64,000 nucleotides of DNA from the human T2T-CHM13v2.0 reference genome, Homo sapiens: NCBI RefSeq assembly GCF_009914755.1, contig NC_060930.1; one strand, 5' to 3'. Under the pieces are notes generated by a model that was given only the letters and a program-made list of their open reading frames with translations, was not told the origin of the DNA and searched no databases. Position 1 is the stretch's first letter; each line of letters starts with the position of its first letter. This document shows, one piece after another, positions 1 through 13,669 of the stretch. The position numbers and the translations under genes were made by a program.

Positions 1-319
1 CTTACTGGCCTCCATAATTGCATGAGCCAATTCTCATCATAAACCTCTCCATATGTAGAAATATAAACATAAGTACAAATATATAATATCTATCTCCTAT
101 TTGTTCTGTTTTTCCGAAGAACCCTGACTAACACAGTCGTGGATCTCTTTAACTTTCTATTAGCTTCTAGTTTTAATGATTAGGCTGTTTTAAACCTGAT
201 TATAAGTAAACTGTCTTAATCTTTGTACAGATGCCATATACTGATTTGCCCATATTCCTAACTAGGAATATAGTCTTCAAAATTCACCTTTTAAATGCAC
301 GATTCAAATTTTTTTTCTT

Positions 320-603
320 GGCTGGGTGAGGTGGCTCACACCTGTAACTCCAGCACTTTTGGAGGCTGAGGCAGGTGCATCGCTTGAACTCAGGAGTTCA
401 AGACAAGCCTGGGCAATATAGTGAAACCCCGTCTCTACAAAAAAATACAAAAGTCAGCTGGGCATGGTGGTGTGTGCCTGTAGTCCAAGCTACTCCGGAG
501 TCTGAGGTGGGAGGATCGCTTGAGCCTGGGAAGTGGAGGCTGCAGTGAGCCAAGACCACGCCACTGCCCTCCAGCCTAGGTGACTGGAGTAAGACCCTGT
601 CTC

Positions 604-630
<27 letters not shown>
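320..630 (+). mobile_element. AluJ-type
   Basis: Alu consensus with gaggatcgcttgagcc and a poly-A tail. Confidence 0.9.
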
Positions 631-634
<4 letters not shown>

Positions 635-678
635 TTCTAGAAAGCATAATTCCTATACATCACTACTATCTCTTCTCA

Positions 679-1029
<351 letters not shown>

Positions 1030-1371
1030 TCACAGATATTAAAACAGTTGCAGGTTTAAAGATCACTCCCACCTTACATATTGGTCAATTCCACTGAAAC
1101 CCCAAAGACAGGGTGCTCAGATTGTAGAATTCCATGTTCAAGAGTGAACTAAATATTTTTTGGTCAGCACTCACCTGAATGTTAGGATAATTCAGAGGAA
1201 TTTCCCAACAGACATGAGAAATGTGCCTTCCAAATTGCGGCAGGTGGCCTGAGAGCTTGACATGAGTTTCTCATGTGCAGCAGCGTCTTGTTATTTGTTA
1301 TAAGGGCTTCATAAACAGAGCTGGGTTTACAAGGAGTCTTATGGGCTCAGAATCTTAACTGCGATGTCTAA

Positions 1372-1690
<319 letters not shown>

Positions 1691-3449
1691 AATTATTTCT
1701 TTTATTTCTTATAACCACCCTGATGGTTAAGCATTTTCTTCCTCCATTTTTACAGTTCAGAAAATTGAAGTTTGGGAGTAGATAACTTTCCTAGGGTCTC
1801 ACAGCAAGTCAGCCAAATGAACACCAAAATCCAGGCCTTTTATACCAAATTCCAGGCTCTTTCCAGTATACAGCTGCCACTGCCCACATTGCATAACCAG
1901 AAAGACCATGTTTGAATTATTAAAATGTTAATTCCTAGAATTTGAACTCTGGGACACCTTTAGAAACTCAAACTCTCAAGTCGTCATCTATCTTCCACAT
2001 GTGAAAATGGTCTTCCCCCCAACCTCAGAGCTTAAGGTCCCAGGGGAGGGGCATGTGACTCAGTCTCCCCACAGCCCCCACAGTGGGGCCATGTTCCCCA
2101 GTTGTACGCTTCAGCTGCCCAAGCTCAGTTGACAACGTTTTCCTCTTATTCCCACACTATTAGTGTTACTGATGCCCGCAAAGGGGCCAGCACTGGAACA
2201 GACCCTGAAAATACAAAACCCAGGCAGTCAGGGTCTTGGAGATGGACAAGGGTTCAGTGAGGTGGTGGACTGTGCAGAGGGGATCACCGGACACTGGGAT
2301 CACAGGGTGGCACTGCCTGCCCTTAACCCCTTCCCAAATGTCCCCCAGACCTCCTCCAGCAGAACCAGCACCTATGCAATTAGAAGCCACAGTCCAGATG
2401 TCGGGAACTAGTTCTACTTCCCAACGCTACCTGGACAGTGGGTTTAATCAATGTATTCTCCCAAAATACATCAATCAATCTCCTGATTTGGGGGTATTGC
2501 CAAATGAGTAGTCGTAAAACCAAGAAAAACTTTTAAATGATAATTTACGATAAGCATGTCCTGCTTGGAAAGCAGGCACAAATGATGCTAAAAAGCTAGC
2601 TATTTACACGTCATCTCTGGATTTATACTCAATAAAGCAAAAACAAACAAACTAAACACCACTTTGTCCTAGAACTGGTAAGTGGAGTCCAAAGAAGTCA
2701 GAGTTGGACAAGTGGTAAAGTTAGCAACGCTGACTTGGAAAAAACAACTTTTGCTATGCCTGTGGGCGATATCATACCCCTGAGCCTTAATGTCCATGTT
2801 GCTAGTATATTCATAATGCCGCTTTGACACTCCTGCATTACTAACCCAGCTCTAACCTACTGGCCACCTGTAACTTCGAATACTAAGGAATACTAAGGTG
2901 TACTTGGAATACTAAGGAATACAAGGTTTGGAATACTAAGCTGGAAGTAGGGTCAACATTAAGGATTCTGCCACTAGATGGAGAAATTGTCCCAATCCAG
3001 CGCCACTGCAGTTGTGTTTTGCTTTTGAGAAAAAGCAGCGGGAAAGATATTTATAAATGCCATTTTGTTCAAAGTGCTACGGTAACCACACTTTTCATTG
3101 ACAAATGATAACTTTTTATCCATTTATTTTATGTACAGTACTTTAGCTTGAATAGGGTGGACAGCCCATATTCATCTTGATGACATCAGTATGTTCTAGG
3201 TTCTGTCTTTATCCACATCATCCATGATTCAATGTTGAGTAAATCTCTTAAAAATTACTTAACATCTTTTAAGTTGCTGTGGCAATTAGCACTAAGTCTA
3301 TGCAAATTTCACTTCCAGTTTTGCAACTAATTAGATACAATATTAAAGTTCTTAATAGATTAAAATGCTTTTTGGGGATAAGGTCTTTACCACCAGCTAC
3401 AATAAACAGTAAATACTCACAAAAGGAGGGGCTTCACTAATAACTGGAC

Positions 3450-4116
3450 GAATCACATTTTGCATATTGCGTTTATTTTGCAGAAAATGCTTTCTGCTGA
3501 TTGTCTTTGGCTACTTTGTCAAAAGAAAAATATGAAACAGTTATAGTTTAACAACACAAGAGATTAGCTACATATGCTTAAAATACACACATTCTAGGGG
3601 GCAGAGCAGTCAAATTTTCAATTCAACTAAAACCTGCTGTCCTCAACTATGATTTTATTCTGTCCTTAACAGCTCAACTCTAACTACTTGAAAGCAACAA
3701 GGAAGAAGATTAAGAGTGTGCTTTTTATCTCACTAAAGTAGGACTGGTGGAGTTTACAAATTCTGGTGTGCCAAAGTCGCCAATACACTGTATGAGAAAT
3801 AAACCAAAAAAAGTTTCTGGACCCTGGCAAACATTTTTCCACCATCAGTGAGGTTGGGCCAACTGCATCATCTCCACAGTTGGGTTCATCTGGAAGCCAC
3901 CTGGGACAGCACCGCTACTGCAGGTGTGAGCAAGGGATGCTGGGGCTCTGGGGAAAGGTGCCGTGTGCTCCTCCACTGCTTTGAAAAGGAAGTTACTGAG
4001 GCTGCATTTCCTTCTTAACCTGAGACTGCCACTGGGTACCTAGTAGGTCAATCCAGTCACCACTGGCTGCCACGACAAAAAGTCACTGCATCTTTCGGGA
4101 CCTGGGCCTTGCTGCT
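3450..4116 (-). other. TBXT: TBXT 3' UTR (end approximate)
   Basis: Follows the stop codon. AATAAA on minus strand at 3654-3659 and 3472-3477. Confidence 0.8.
3472..3477 (-). terminator. Polyadenylation signal AATAAA (probable main TBXT PAS; alternatives at 3654-3659 and 3123-3128)
   Basis: TTTATT on + strand with GT/T-rich sequence downstream on the minus strand. Confidence 0.7.
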
Positions 4117-4390
4117 TCACATGGAAGGTGGCGACACAGGTGTCCATGAGGCTATGAGGCGGCCTTGGGCTGCGGCGTCGTACTGGCTGTCCACGATGTC
4201 TGTGGCCGCGGCCGCCCCTTCGTACAGTGGGGATCCCGAGGAAGAGGGCGCCGAGACCGGATGGGTGAGGGGTGTGTAGTGCGCGGGGGAGCCCCGGAAG
4301 AACTGGGCCCCCAGCCCGTTGGACACGGCTGCTGCCTGGGAGCCCGGGGTGACGGCGCTGTTGCTCACAGACCACAGGCTGGGGTACTGA
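4117..4390 (-). CDS. TBXT: TBXT coding exon 8 (274 nt to stop, QYPSLWSVS...WTPVSPPSM*)
   Basis: Acceptor gttgcag|T. C-terminus matches Brachyury. Exon lengths sum to 1308 nt = 435 aa + stop. Confidence 0.98.
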
Positions 4391-4676
4391 CTGCAACAGA
4401 AAGACACCAGTGAGCAGGGCCTGGGCAGGGGCTGCAGGCCAGCTAAGGATGGAAAAACACACCAGAAATCCCATTCGGAGTGACTGTGTAATATGACAGT
4501 TTTCTTCTTTCAAACAGGTCATTTTCTCCAAATTATTAAAGGACTCACAAGCACAATCTGTGATGTATAGAAGTTATTGTCGTATCTATTAATAAGAAAC
4601 AAAATCATCAGGAAGATGACTGAAAAGATTATTCACATATTCAGAGCTCATGAAAGAGCGCTGTTAAGTTTCACTA

Positions 4677-5028
<352 letters not shown>

Positions 5029-6638
5029 TCAGAATAAAACTTTTCAGATAGTCTCAATCAAAAGTTACTGAGGATGGGCTTAAGTACACATGTTTTTATC
5101 TAGGACACCCCACCCCCACCACCGCAGTGATTCTCACGACGAAGACCAGCCTCTCCTCAAACACTAAGCAGCAGACATTCCTTAGAGTAACTCCAGTACA
5201 GACACAATTCCCTGCACTTTGTCCTGTTCAGTACATAGGTGTGCTAGCATGGTGTCCAGCAGCAAGAAAAGCACCTGGCAGTCAGACTAGGAAGCCATTC
5301 CCAGTTCCGCCTTTACCTAGCTGTGTCACATTACACTTTGCCTGAGACTACTTATAGGCTGTGTTTCTCAAGGCATAAAATGAGGAAGGTGGAAATGACT
5401 ATTGAATTCTCCAGTCTAAGCACATGGAAGTGGATAGCATTCAATTATGGTAAGATTTTATTTTGGGAAATAACCTTGTCTTTCTACAAGTGAATAATGA
5501 GACCTTATGTTGTATCACCATACTGTTTTAAACAAGTCTGAGTTAATCAAGGCAGATTTTTATGCCATTTTACAAATGAAAGCTTCAGGTTCTAAGATGC
5601 CCAATTAGAGCCACACTGAGACCCTCGGGTGGGGCCTCTGTCAACAGCTTGCAGTGTGCGGGTCATCTGATCGGGTGCAGGCTTCTGGGGCGATGCTCTT
5701 GGAGCCCCTGAAAGCTTCGCTTGTTTACGCATTGTTGCTCTGTTTCTAACCACGGGCAATTGAATTCTTATTATGAAGGAACTGTTTTCTAGACAAGAAT
5801 TAAGATCGCAGGCATATTTTGGTATTCTAGAAAATGAAGTGCATTGCCTTTGAGGTCGAGATCACTTAATTCCAGGCTCACTCTGCTGTGAGCTGGTCCA
5901 ATCATTTAATATCTCTGGCCCTCCTTCCTCCCTAGAAAGTGAGGGTTGACTTCTAGCTTTGGTATTTTAGGTTTTTATATTCATCCTATGAAGAAATGTA
6001 AGACATTTACCAGCCTGCTTAATTTGTAAGCCTTTTTCCCTCTGCATAACTTGCAAGTTGGTAACAAAATAGTCATCATTGTTTACCAGTTACCTAGCAC
6101 ATATATTAAAGACTTCGAGCCTGTATCCATAGAAAAGCCAATAAACTCATTTCCTTCATTTACTAGCTTTTGTTGGAAAAGGTTCGGAAACGATCTCTTT
6201 AAGCTCTACCTACTGACCCCAACAACCCTGTAGGAGACAGGCCGAGGCTGGGTTATTTTTTTACCACCTTCCTTTTATATGTGAGGAAACTGAGGCCCAG
6301 AGAGGCTAAAAGACTTGTCCATCACGTGAACCAGTAAGTGGCAGAACCAGGATGGGGACCCTGGTTTCATTCAGGGATGGGATAGCGCAGCTCCCATTCC
6401 ACACCTGGGTTGTAAAGGAGCCCAGTCCTTCCAGCGAACAGACTGCAAACAGGAACTCGGCAGTCATGTCACCTGCAATCCCTGGGCATAGCTGGCTAAT
6501 AAAGAATTCTAAATAAAGACCCAACCACCCACAGGGACCAAGGAGAATAAGGACTAAGGACCTATGGGAATGGAAACAGCGTGAAGTCACAGGCAGAGCT
6601 CCCAGGATGCTTTGCACCAGGCCCTGGACATACATTAC

Positions 6639-6768
6639 CTGGAGCTGGTAGGTGGGCTGGCATTGTGGCTCACGGGGAGCATGCTGGGATGGGCAGGCAT
6701 TCCAAGGCTGGACCAATTGTCATGGGATTGCAGCATGGATAAACATGCAGGTGAGTTGTCAGAATAGG
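6639..6768 (-). CDS. TBXT: TBXT coding exon 7 (130 nt, YSDNSPACLSMLQSHDNW...SPPTSS)
   Basis: Acceptor ccccttag|CC, donor CAG|GTAATG. Confidence 0.97.
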
Positions 6769-7382
6769 CTAAGGGGGGAAGGTAACAAAGTGCAATTATA
6801 GATGGTGTCTTCCAAGAACAACAAAGTACAGTGAAATACCACCAATAACTGAAGCTACGTAACACTGAAAACAAAATGTACATGGGATATTAACTGTAGA
6901 AAACAATCCATTAGTCTATTTACATGGTTATCAGGGGCAAGATTTATTGCCAAATATATGTATTTGAAAACATACCCTGGTAAACCCAAGCTTTTTCCCT
7001 TATCATCATTATCAGTAGATGCCCTGTAGACATTGAATCTTACTTACAATCACTGACTTGGAATTACTTATCTTTAAAAATAAATATAACTTTACCCTGC
7101 CTTTTTACCAGTGATTACTTCATAAGAATGGGCGATAGAAACCATTACTCCAGGCAAAATTAGAAATAAGATCTTCCTGCCTCAGAGTCTAGCCTCTGGT
7201 TGAACAAGTCCCAGTGACTTCCTAACCCAATAAGGTCCTTTCATTTCAAATCAGCTTTAATTGCTTAATTGTTTTATGGTATTCTTTAGCTATTTTCCTT
7301 CTTTTGGAGCCAGACAAAATTAAGTCTAGACATATACAGTGTTATAGAGAGAATTAGGCCAGGGGATCTTTATGGTCTATCC

Positions 7383-7854
<472 letters not shown>

Positions 7855-8248
7855 GTGTAGTCAGGAATTCTTGAGCCTGGCTGCCCATCATTGTCACTTT
7901 AGAGAGGTTCATAGAAGACTCAAACCTGGGCTCTCCTCCTAAGGATCGACCATGGTTCTGTGGAGAGGCCCAGGAATCTGTCATTTTCAAAACCTGGAGC
8001 AGCAGCTCTGAGGCCTGTGCAAGGATGCAAGCCTCTGATCTGGGTGTCCGTGGTTGTTCCGCCAGCAGCGGCAGTGGCGGAGACATAAATTGAAGATCTT
8101 CTCTTGAGCTACTAAAAAACTGGGCTTGGGTATGTGTTCCAGAAAACCGTCTCCATTTTTTTAGATTCTAGACTCCTGCAGAATGCCTTTCCCAAAGTGG
8201 TCTTGCAGCCACCCACCAACCCCTGGCAGAATGAGGCTGAGGACTCAC

Positions 8249-8422
8249 TTGGAGAATTGTTCCGATGAGCATAGGGGCTGGGGTAGGGTGAGGACCGGTG
8301 GCTCCTCAGGGTTGGGTACCTGTCACAGCTGTGCGTGGAGGGGAGGGAGAGGGCACCTCCAAACTGAGGATGAGGATTTGCAGGTGGACACAGGGTGCTG
8401 GTTCCAGGAAGAAGCCACCCCC
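8249..8422 (-). CDS. TBXT: TBXT coding exon 6 (174 nt; 177 nt if the upstream AG is used, start 8425); symmetric and skippable in frame
   Basis: GWLLPGTSTLCPPANPHPQF...HRNNSP. Acceptor cacagcag|GG, donor CAA|GTGAGT. Phase 1-1, length divisible by 3. Confidence 0.97.
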
Positions 8423-8464
8423 CTGCTGTGAGAAAAGACAGTGCTGAGTAACCTGCATTAGTGC

Positions 8465-8672
8465 TCCCTCCATCTCTCCAGAGAGCAGAGCCCAGGCCAG
8501 GGACTGTCCCTCCATCACTCCAGAGAGCAGAGCCCAGGCCAGGGACTCTCCCTCCATCACTCCAGAGAGCAGAGCCCAGGCCAGGGACTCTCCCTCCATC
8601 ACTCCAGAGAGCAGAGCCCAGGCCAGGGACTGTCCCTCCATCACTCCAGAGAGCAGAGCCCAGGCCAGTGAC
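8465..8672. repeat. 42-bp minisatellite, ~5 copies (tccctccatcactccagagagcagagcccaggccagggact[g/c])
   Basis: Near-identical units with period 42, also seen as 14-aa repeats in the ORF track. Confidence 0.97.
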
Positions 8673-9187
8673 TTCCCACCTTCCCCTCAGGGGCCCCTGA
8701 TGGGGGAAGCACCCTGAGTGTCTCATACTTAGGACACAGTCTGCCTCACAAGACATCTGAGGCCATCAGCCCCACACTCACTACCACAGGTAACCCAAGG
8801 CTTCCAATCCTGTGTGTACCTGAGTAAACCCAGGAGCCTGGCCTCAGGCAACCTAAGCTGTTTCCTCCTGAGAATCCTCTGGATTGCTTTGAGATCTACT
8901 ATTCCCCAAGGCAGGTGAGCTTTCCTCCACTGAGCATGAATACAATGTAACCACAGGCAGAGAGCAGGTGAGAGATGCTGAGAGAGGTGGGGTGGTGCTT
9001 AGACAAGGGTGCCCTCCCCTTCTCCTCCTGCCACCCACAGAGACGGGAGGTGCCTTCCTAGCTGGGGGTAGACCCTTTTACTGCTCACTCTCCTGGTTTA
9101 AGCTCCCCCCATTCTCCCCAGGAGAATCAGAAAGTTCTTCCAAGACTCCCCTTCCTTCCTCTAAAACTACAATTTCTTGTCCACTCA

Positions 9188-9485
<298 letters not shown>

Positions 9486-10406
9486 TCTTCTACACTCTTC
9501 AAGCTTTGTTGTTTTGATTGAGAAAAAGCAACCCCTAGCGGGACAACTACTGTGGCTTCAATTTCCAAACTACTAACAATTCTCCAGGCAGCACTGGAAG
9601 GAAGGGTGCAGACGTGCCCTGGCTGCCCAGCCGGCCCTGGCCAGAGCAGTGGCTCACTCTACTCAAGTGACTGCCTTTCTGGTTGTTCAATCAGCCTAGG
9701 AAATGATGAAAAATCTACAGAATAGAAAATGCCTGTGTAAGGAGGAGTGTGCCCTGTTGATTCATCCAGCCTCTTGACCAGCCAGTGCTACCGCGTTCAT
9801 TGTTTAATATCTCCAAGTCCCTTCCCCGGGTGGAGAGGACGGACCAGGATGAGAGAGAGCGTTTCTCCCAACAAATGCTGCCGTATAATCCTCTATCCTG
9901 CACTCTGACTCCTGAAAGTCCTAGAGGGAGCTAGACTTAAATCCAACTCTCTCATCCTCAGAGCCACAGGAGCTGGTGAGACATTCCTAGAACCAAAGGG
10001 CTAAGGAAAAATTTGGTTCCTAAGCATCATTGGAAAGATGGCTCTTCAACCATTAATGAAAGCCTCAAAGAGGAGGTAATGAGCTAGATTCTCCTGTTGC
10101 CTACCTAATACAGGAGAGTCCAAACACCCAGCTAGGTCTCAATGATCCACCCCAGGCATGGTGGCAGCTGCCTCACGGCAAAACAAAAGCACCCAGGAGA
10201 GTATCCACAGCCCCGATTAGAGCAGAGGTTAGATGGGCAACACAGCTTCAACATCACAGGGCCAAGAGCCTCGCATGGCAAAAAGGCAATCTTACATCCC
10301 AGGCACACCCAGAAACACCCTTGTCTTCTCCATCTCCACTTCCCAGCTCTCAGCAAGTCTAGTCCCGATGACGCAGAATGACATGACAGAGTGCAACAAA
10401 CCGTAC

Positions 10407-10468
10407 ATTGGGAGTACCCAGGTTGCTGGCTGTCTCCGGGTTCCTCCATCATCTCTTTGTGATCACTT
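10407..10468 (-). CDS. TBXT: TBXT coding exon 5 (62 nt, SDHKEMMEEPGDSQQPGYSQ)
   Basis: Acceptor tttgatag|A, donor AAT|GTACGG. Phases match neighbouring exons. Confidence 0.96.
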
Positions 10469-10601
10469 CTATCAAAATGAAAAAAAAAAAGTATATCGAA
10501 TTTTCAAAAATAAGGAAATTCAGAAAAGAGTATGTGCAGCAATATTTCATCTTTCTGCATACTTCTTTGCCCAAGGGTATTTATAGTTAGAATTCTCTCA
10601 C

Positions 10602-10663
10602 CTTTCCTTTGCATCAAGGAAAGCTTTTGCAAATGGATTGTACTTAATTTTAAGAGCTGTGAT
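10602..10663 (-). CDS. TBXT: TBXT coding exon 4 (62 nt, ITALKIKYNPFAKAFLDAKER)
   Basis: Acceptor ttttcag|ATC, donor AAG|GTGAGA. NPFAKAF marks the end of the T-box. Confidence 0.97.
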
Positions 10664-11507
10664 CTGAAAAACAAGAAATTGCATTTACTAGTATATTCCC
10701 TATTAGCCAGGGGATTTAATTTGGCACCAAGAAATTGAGAAATGCCAGTACCACTTTTAAATATTCAAATATAATCAGACTTCTTTCCACATACAGTTTT
10801 CTATTTGGAACTGAAAATAGCTGAGTAATTGTACAGAGTAGCATGCTTATGAAAAATTTTCAATGTCAATGTTCTGAGTGGGATTCACAATAAATTTAAC
10901 CTACTACTAACAATGTTCCATGTGTATAAATCAGAAATGGCTGAAAACACAGTCTGGGGCTGCTTAGGAAATAGAGACCTGGAAGTTCTAGTTTTCGGTC
11001 AACGCCAACACCAACAAGGTATCCAACTAATGTCGAATTTGCAGTACTTTGGGGTTGGGCTTAGGCATAGATTTACAGGCACCTATGCAGTAGCTTGTAT
11101 CTAGTTGAGTCTTCACACTGCAGAGATTTGAGGGGTTGCCCCCCCACCCTTTGGGGAAGATTTCCAAGGAAGGACATGCCCCTCTCTCACTCAAGTCTTG
11201 TTCTCAAGAAATTCTCACACCATTTAACCTGAATGCTTTTTGGATCTTTTCATTTTGAGCATTGAGAAGTTGTTTCTAGTTTTAAACACTTGTATGGAGA
11301 ATTCAAGGGGAAAATGTTTGAATGGGGACTTAATTTAAACAGTTATCTCCTGTGCTTCCATTTCAAGTTCCGGAATATTATTTGAAAGGGCAGGAAGCCT
11401 TCCTCTCAGTGCGGGTTAGCGCGTCTCCCCGCTCCTCCAGAATCTCCACGGAGCAGCACACCACACCGCAGCACACCGGGAAAGCGATCCGCCTCTGTCC
11501 TTCTCAC

Positions 11508-11642
11508 CTCCTCGTTCTGATAAGCAGTCACCGCTATGAACTGGGTCTCAGGGAAGCAGTGGCTGGTGATCATGCGCTGTGGACCCCCAACTCTCACTAT
11601 GTGGATTCGAGGCTCATACTTATGCAAGGAGTTCAGCATGAT
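11508..11642 (-). CDS. TBXT: TBXT coding exon 3 (135 nt, [12 protein letters not shown]...AVTAYQNEE)
   Basis: Acceptor ccctcag|ATC, donor GAG|GTGAGA. Canonical T-box FIAVTAYQN motif. Confidence 0.98.
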
Positions 11643-12393
11643 CTGAGGGAGACAGATACAGGATTGGTGGCACTGAAAGGCCTGCGTTAAAACAGCAAAA
11701 CATCCATTTCTCCAGGATGCAGAAAGTCCTCTGGATCCCAAGAAAGTGTCTCTGCTGTTGAGGGAAGTGGGGTTCCACCAGGGGAGGCTTCTCCGCGGTT
11801 TATATGTGCTATTCCCACAGCTTGTTTGGAAAAGGGATGTGAGATGCTACACACCATTAAAAGCAATGAATGCTCATCACAAAATCCTTTCACCTGGTGG
11901 AATAAAGTACTAAGGCTTTCAGGAAGGCTATGGTCATTTTTAAAAGACTGAGCTTGTTTGCAACTTGCCTAACCTGGGGTCTTCCAGGAACAATCCCCGA
12001 CTAAAGAATGTTCTTTAGAAAAGCACGACTTTACAAGTTTGTTCCGACTCCACGCAGTAAGTACTGTGGCGCATGTTTAAATTTAAATGCGACTTTGCCA
12101 TCAAGGCTGATATATTTTCCACCCCCAGGAGAGTTTAGGGCTAGACAACGGAAGTTCCCCAAAAGCTCCAGTCCTTCAAAGGGGAGTGCTCCCGCTCCCC
12201 GTTCGCCAGGCGTGGATGTTATCAGCTTAGTATAAACAGCGCTAAAGGCCTTATTAGAGAAGGCTGTGGCAGTTTCTCCAGGGCAGACGTCGCCTCCCGT
12301 TCAAGCAGCGTCCCTTCCCACAACCCCCGTGCAGAAGGCGCAGCGCGGCCCCCTCCTCGCTGGTCCCAGACCTGGCGGGCTCCTCACACCTAC

Positions 12394-12658
12394 CTGGCCC
12401 CCTCCGTTGAGCTTGTTGGTGAGCTTGACTTTGCTGAAGGAGACGGGAGCCTTCATCCAGTGGGCCCCGAAGTTGGGCGAGTCGGGGTGGATGTAGACGC
12501 AGCTGGGCGCCTGCGGCTCCGGCTTGCCCCCCGGCACCCATTCCCCGTTCACGTACTTCCAGCGGTGGTTGTCCGCCGCCACGAAGTCCAGCAGGAAGGA
12601 GTACATGGCGTTGGGGTCCAGGCCAGACACGTTCACCTTCAGCACCGGAAACATCCTC
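12394..12658 (-). CDS. TBXT: TBXT coding exon 2 (265 nt, T-box: [10 protein letters not shown]...KLNGGGQ)
   Basis: Acceptor ttttccag|G, donor CAG|GTAGGT. T-box motifs YIHPDSP and WMKAPVSF. Phase consistent with exon 1. Confidence 0.98.
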
Positions 12659-13187
12659 CTGGAAAACACGGGGCGGGCGCAGGAGGACCCCGACACTGAC
12701 CAGGTAGGCCGGAGGCAGAAGCTGGGCACAGAGGCCTCAGTTATTTCGGGGCACAGAGGAGCCCCCTGGGGAACGTCCGAGGGTGACTCCCAAGCTCCCC
12801 CTTCCCCGAGCCCTGCCAGGTCCAGGTGGCCTCCTCACCATCTCCATGGCCTCGGGAGGGAGGGGAGGAGAGGACCTGGCGAAGGGTTTCAGTGCAGGAG
12901 GCCACATCCCGCGGGGACAGGCGGGGACCAGGGCGCGCCTCGCGGGTCCCGGGATGCCTCCGAGGTCGGGACACCGAAGTGCGCGTTCCTCCTCCCCAAG
13001 CTTCCGCGGAGAAAGCCCCAGAAGAGGGGCTTGTAGAAATGCACTCGAGGGAGTTAACCAGAGCGGGAACAAACACAAAGCCCTCCTCCAGGAGAAAAAG
13101 GGTTCGACCTCCGGGAACTTGCCAGGTCCCCCAGGCTGCCCAGGCGCTGGAGAGCGCGGCGCGCGCGGGCTCCGGACGCGCACCCAC

Positions 13188-13393
13188 CTGCCGTTCTTGG
13201 TCACGATCATCTCATTGGTGAGCTCCTTGAAGCGCAGCCACAGCTCGCTCTCCTCCAGGCCCACGCGCAGTTCGCGCTCTGTGGGGTCGCCCTTCTCGCT
13301 GCCCGCCTGCAGCTCATTCTCCACGGCGCTCAGCAGGTGGTCCACTCGGTACTGCAGGCTCTTTCCCGCGCTCTCGGTGCCAGGGGAGCTCAT
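13188..13393 (-). CDS. TBXT: TBXT/Brachyury coding exon 1 (206 nt, [10 protein letters not shown]...TKNGR)
   Basis: ATG at 13393 in good context (gggaggATG). Translation matches the Brachyury N-terminus and T-box start. Donor AG|GTGGGT. Confidence 0.98.
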
Positions 13394-13669
13394 CCTCCCG
13401 TCCGGCTCCCCTCCCCGCCGTCCCCGAAGCCCAGACTCGCTACCTGAGATCCACCTTCCCTGCTCTTGGCCGCCGCCCTTCCGAGAAAAGGGGCCCCTTG
13501 GACCGAGACCTGCGACGGCTCCCGGGTCCCGGGTCCCGGCACAGACCCGGGAGGAGGGCGCGGACCAAGACTTGGGGGGAGGGGACGGGGGCAGAGGGGT
13601 GGGGAGAAGTTATTCCACTTGAACTCCCCAAGGCTCTACTAGTGTAGGTCTCTGGGGACCGAAATTCAG

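Noticed and set aside
2878-2940. gaatactaag micro-repeats, and similar short duplications at 39780-39829 and 48220-48273
   Set aside because: Ordinary slippage duplications with no clear functional signal.
4040-4531. 163-aa alternative-frame ORF over exon 8
   Set aside because: Begins in intron 7 at a non-ATG start. The exon 6-7 skipping frame is a different one and stops early.
8465-8672. Regular repeat superficially like a CRISPR array
   Set aside because: No unique spacers. It is a eukaryotic minisatellite.
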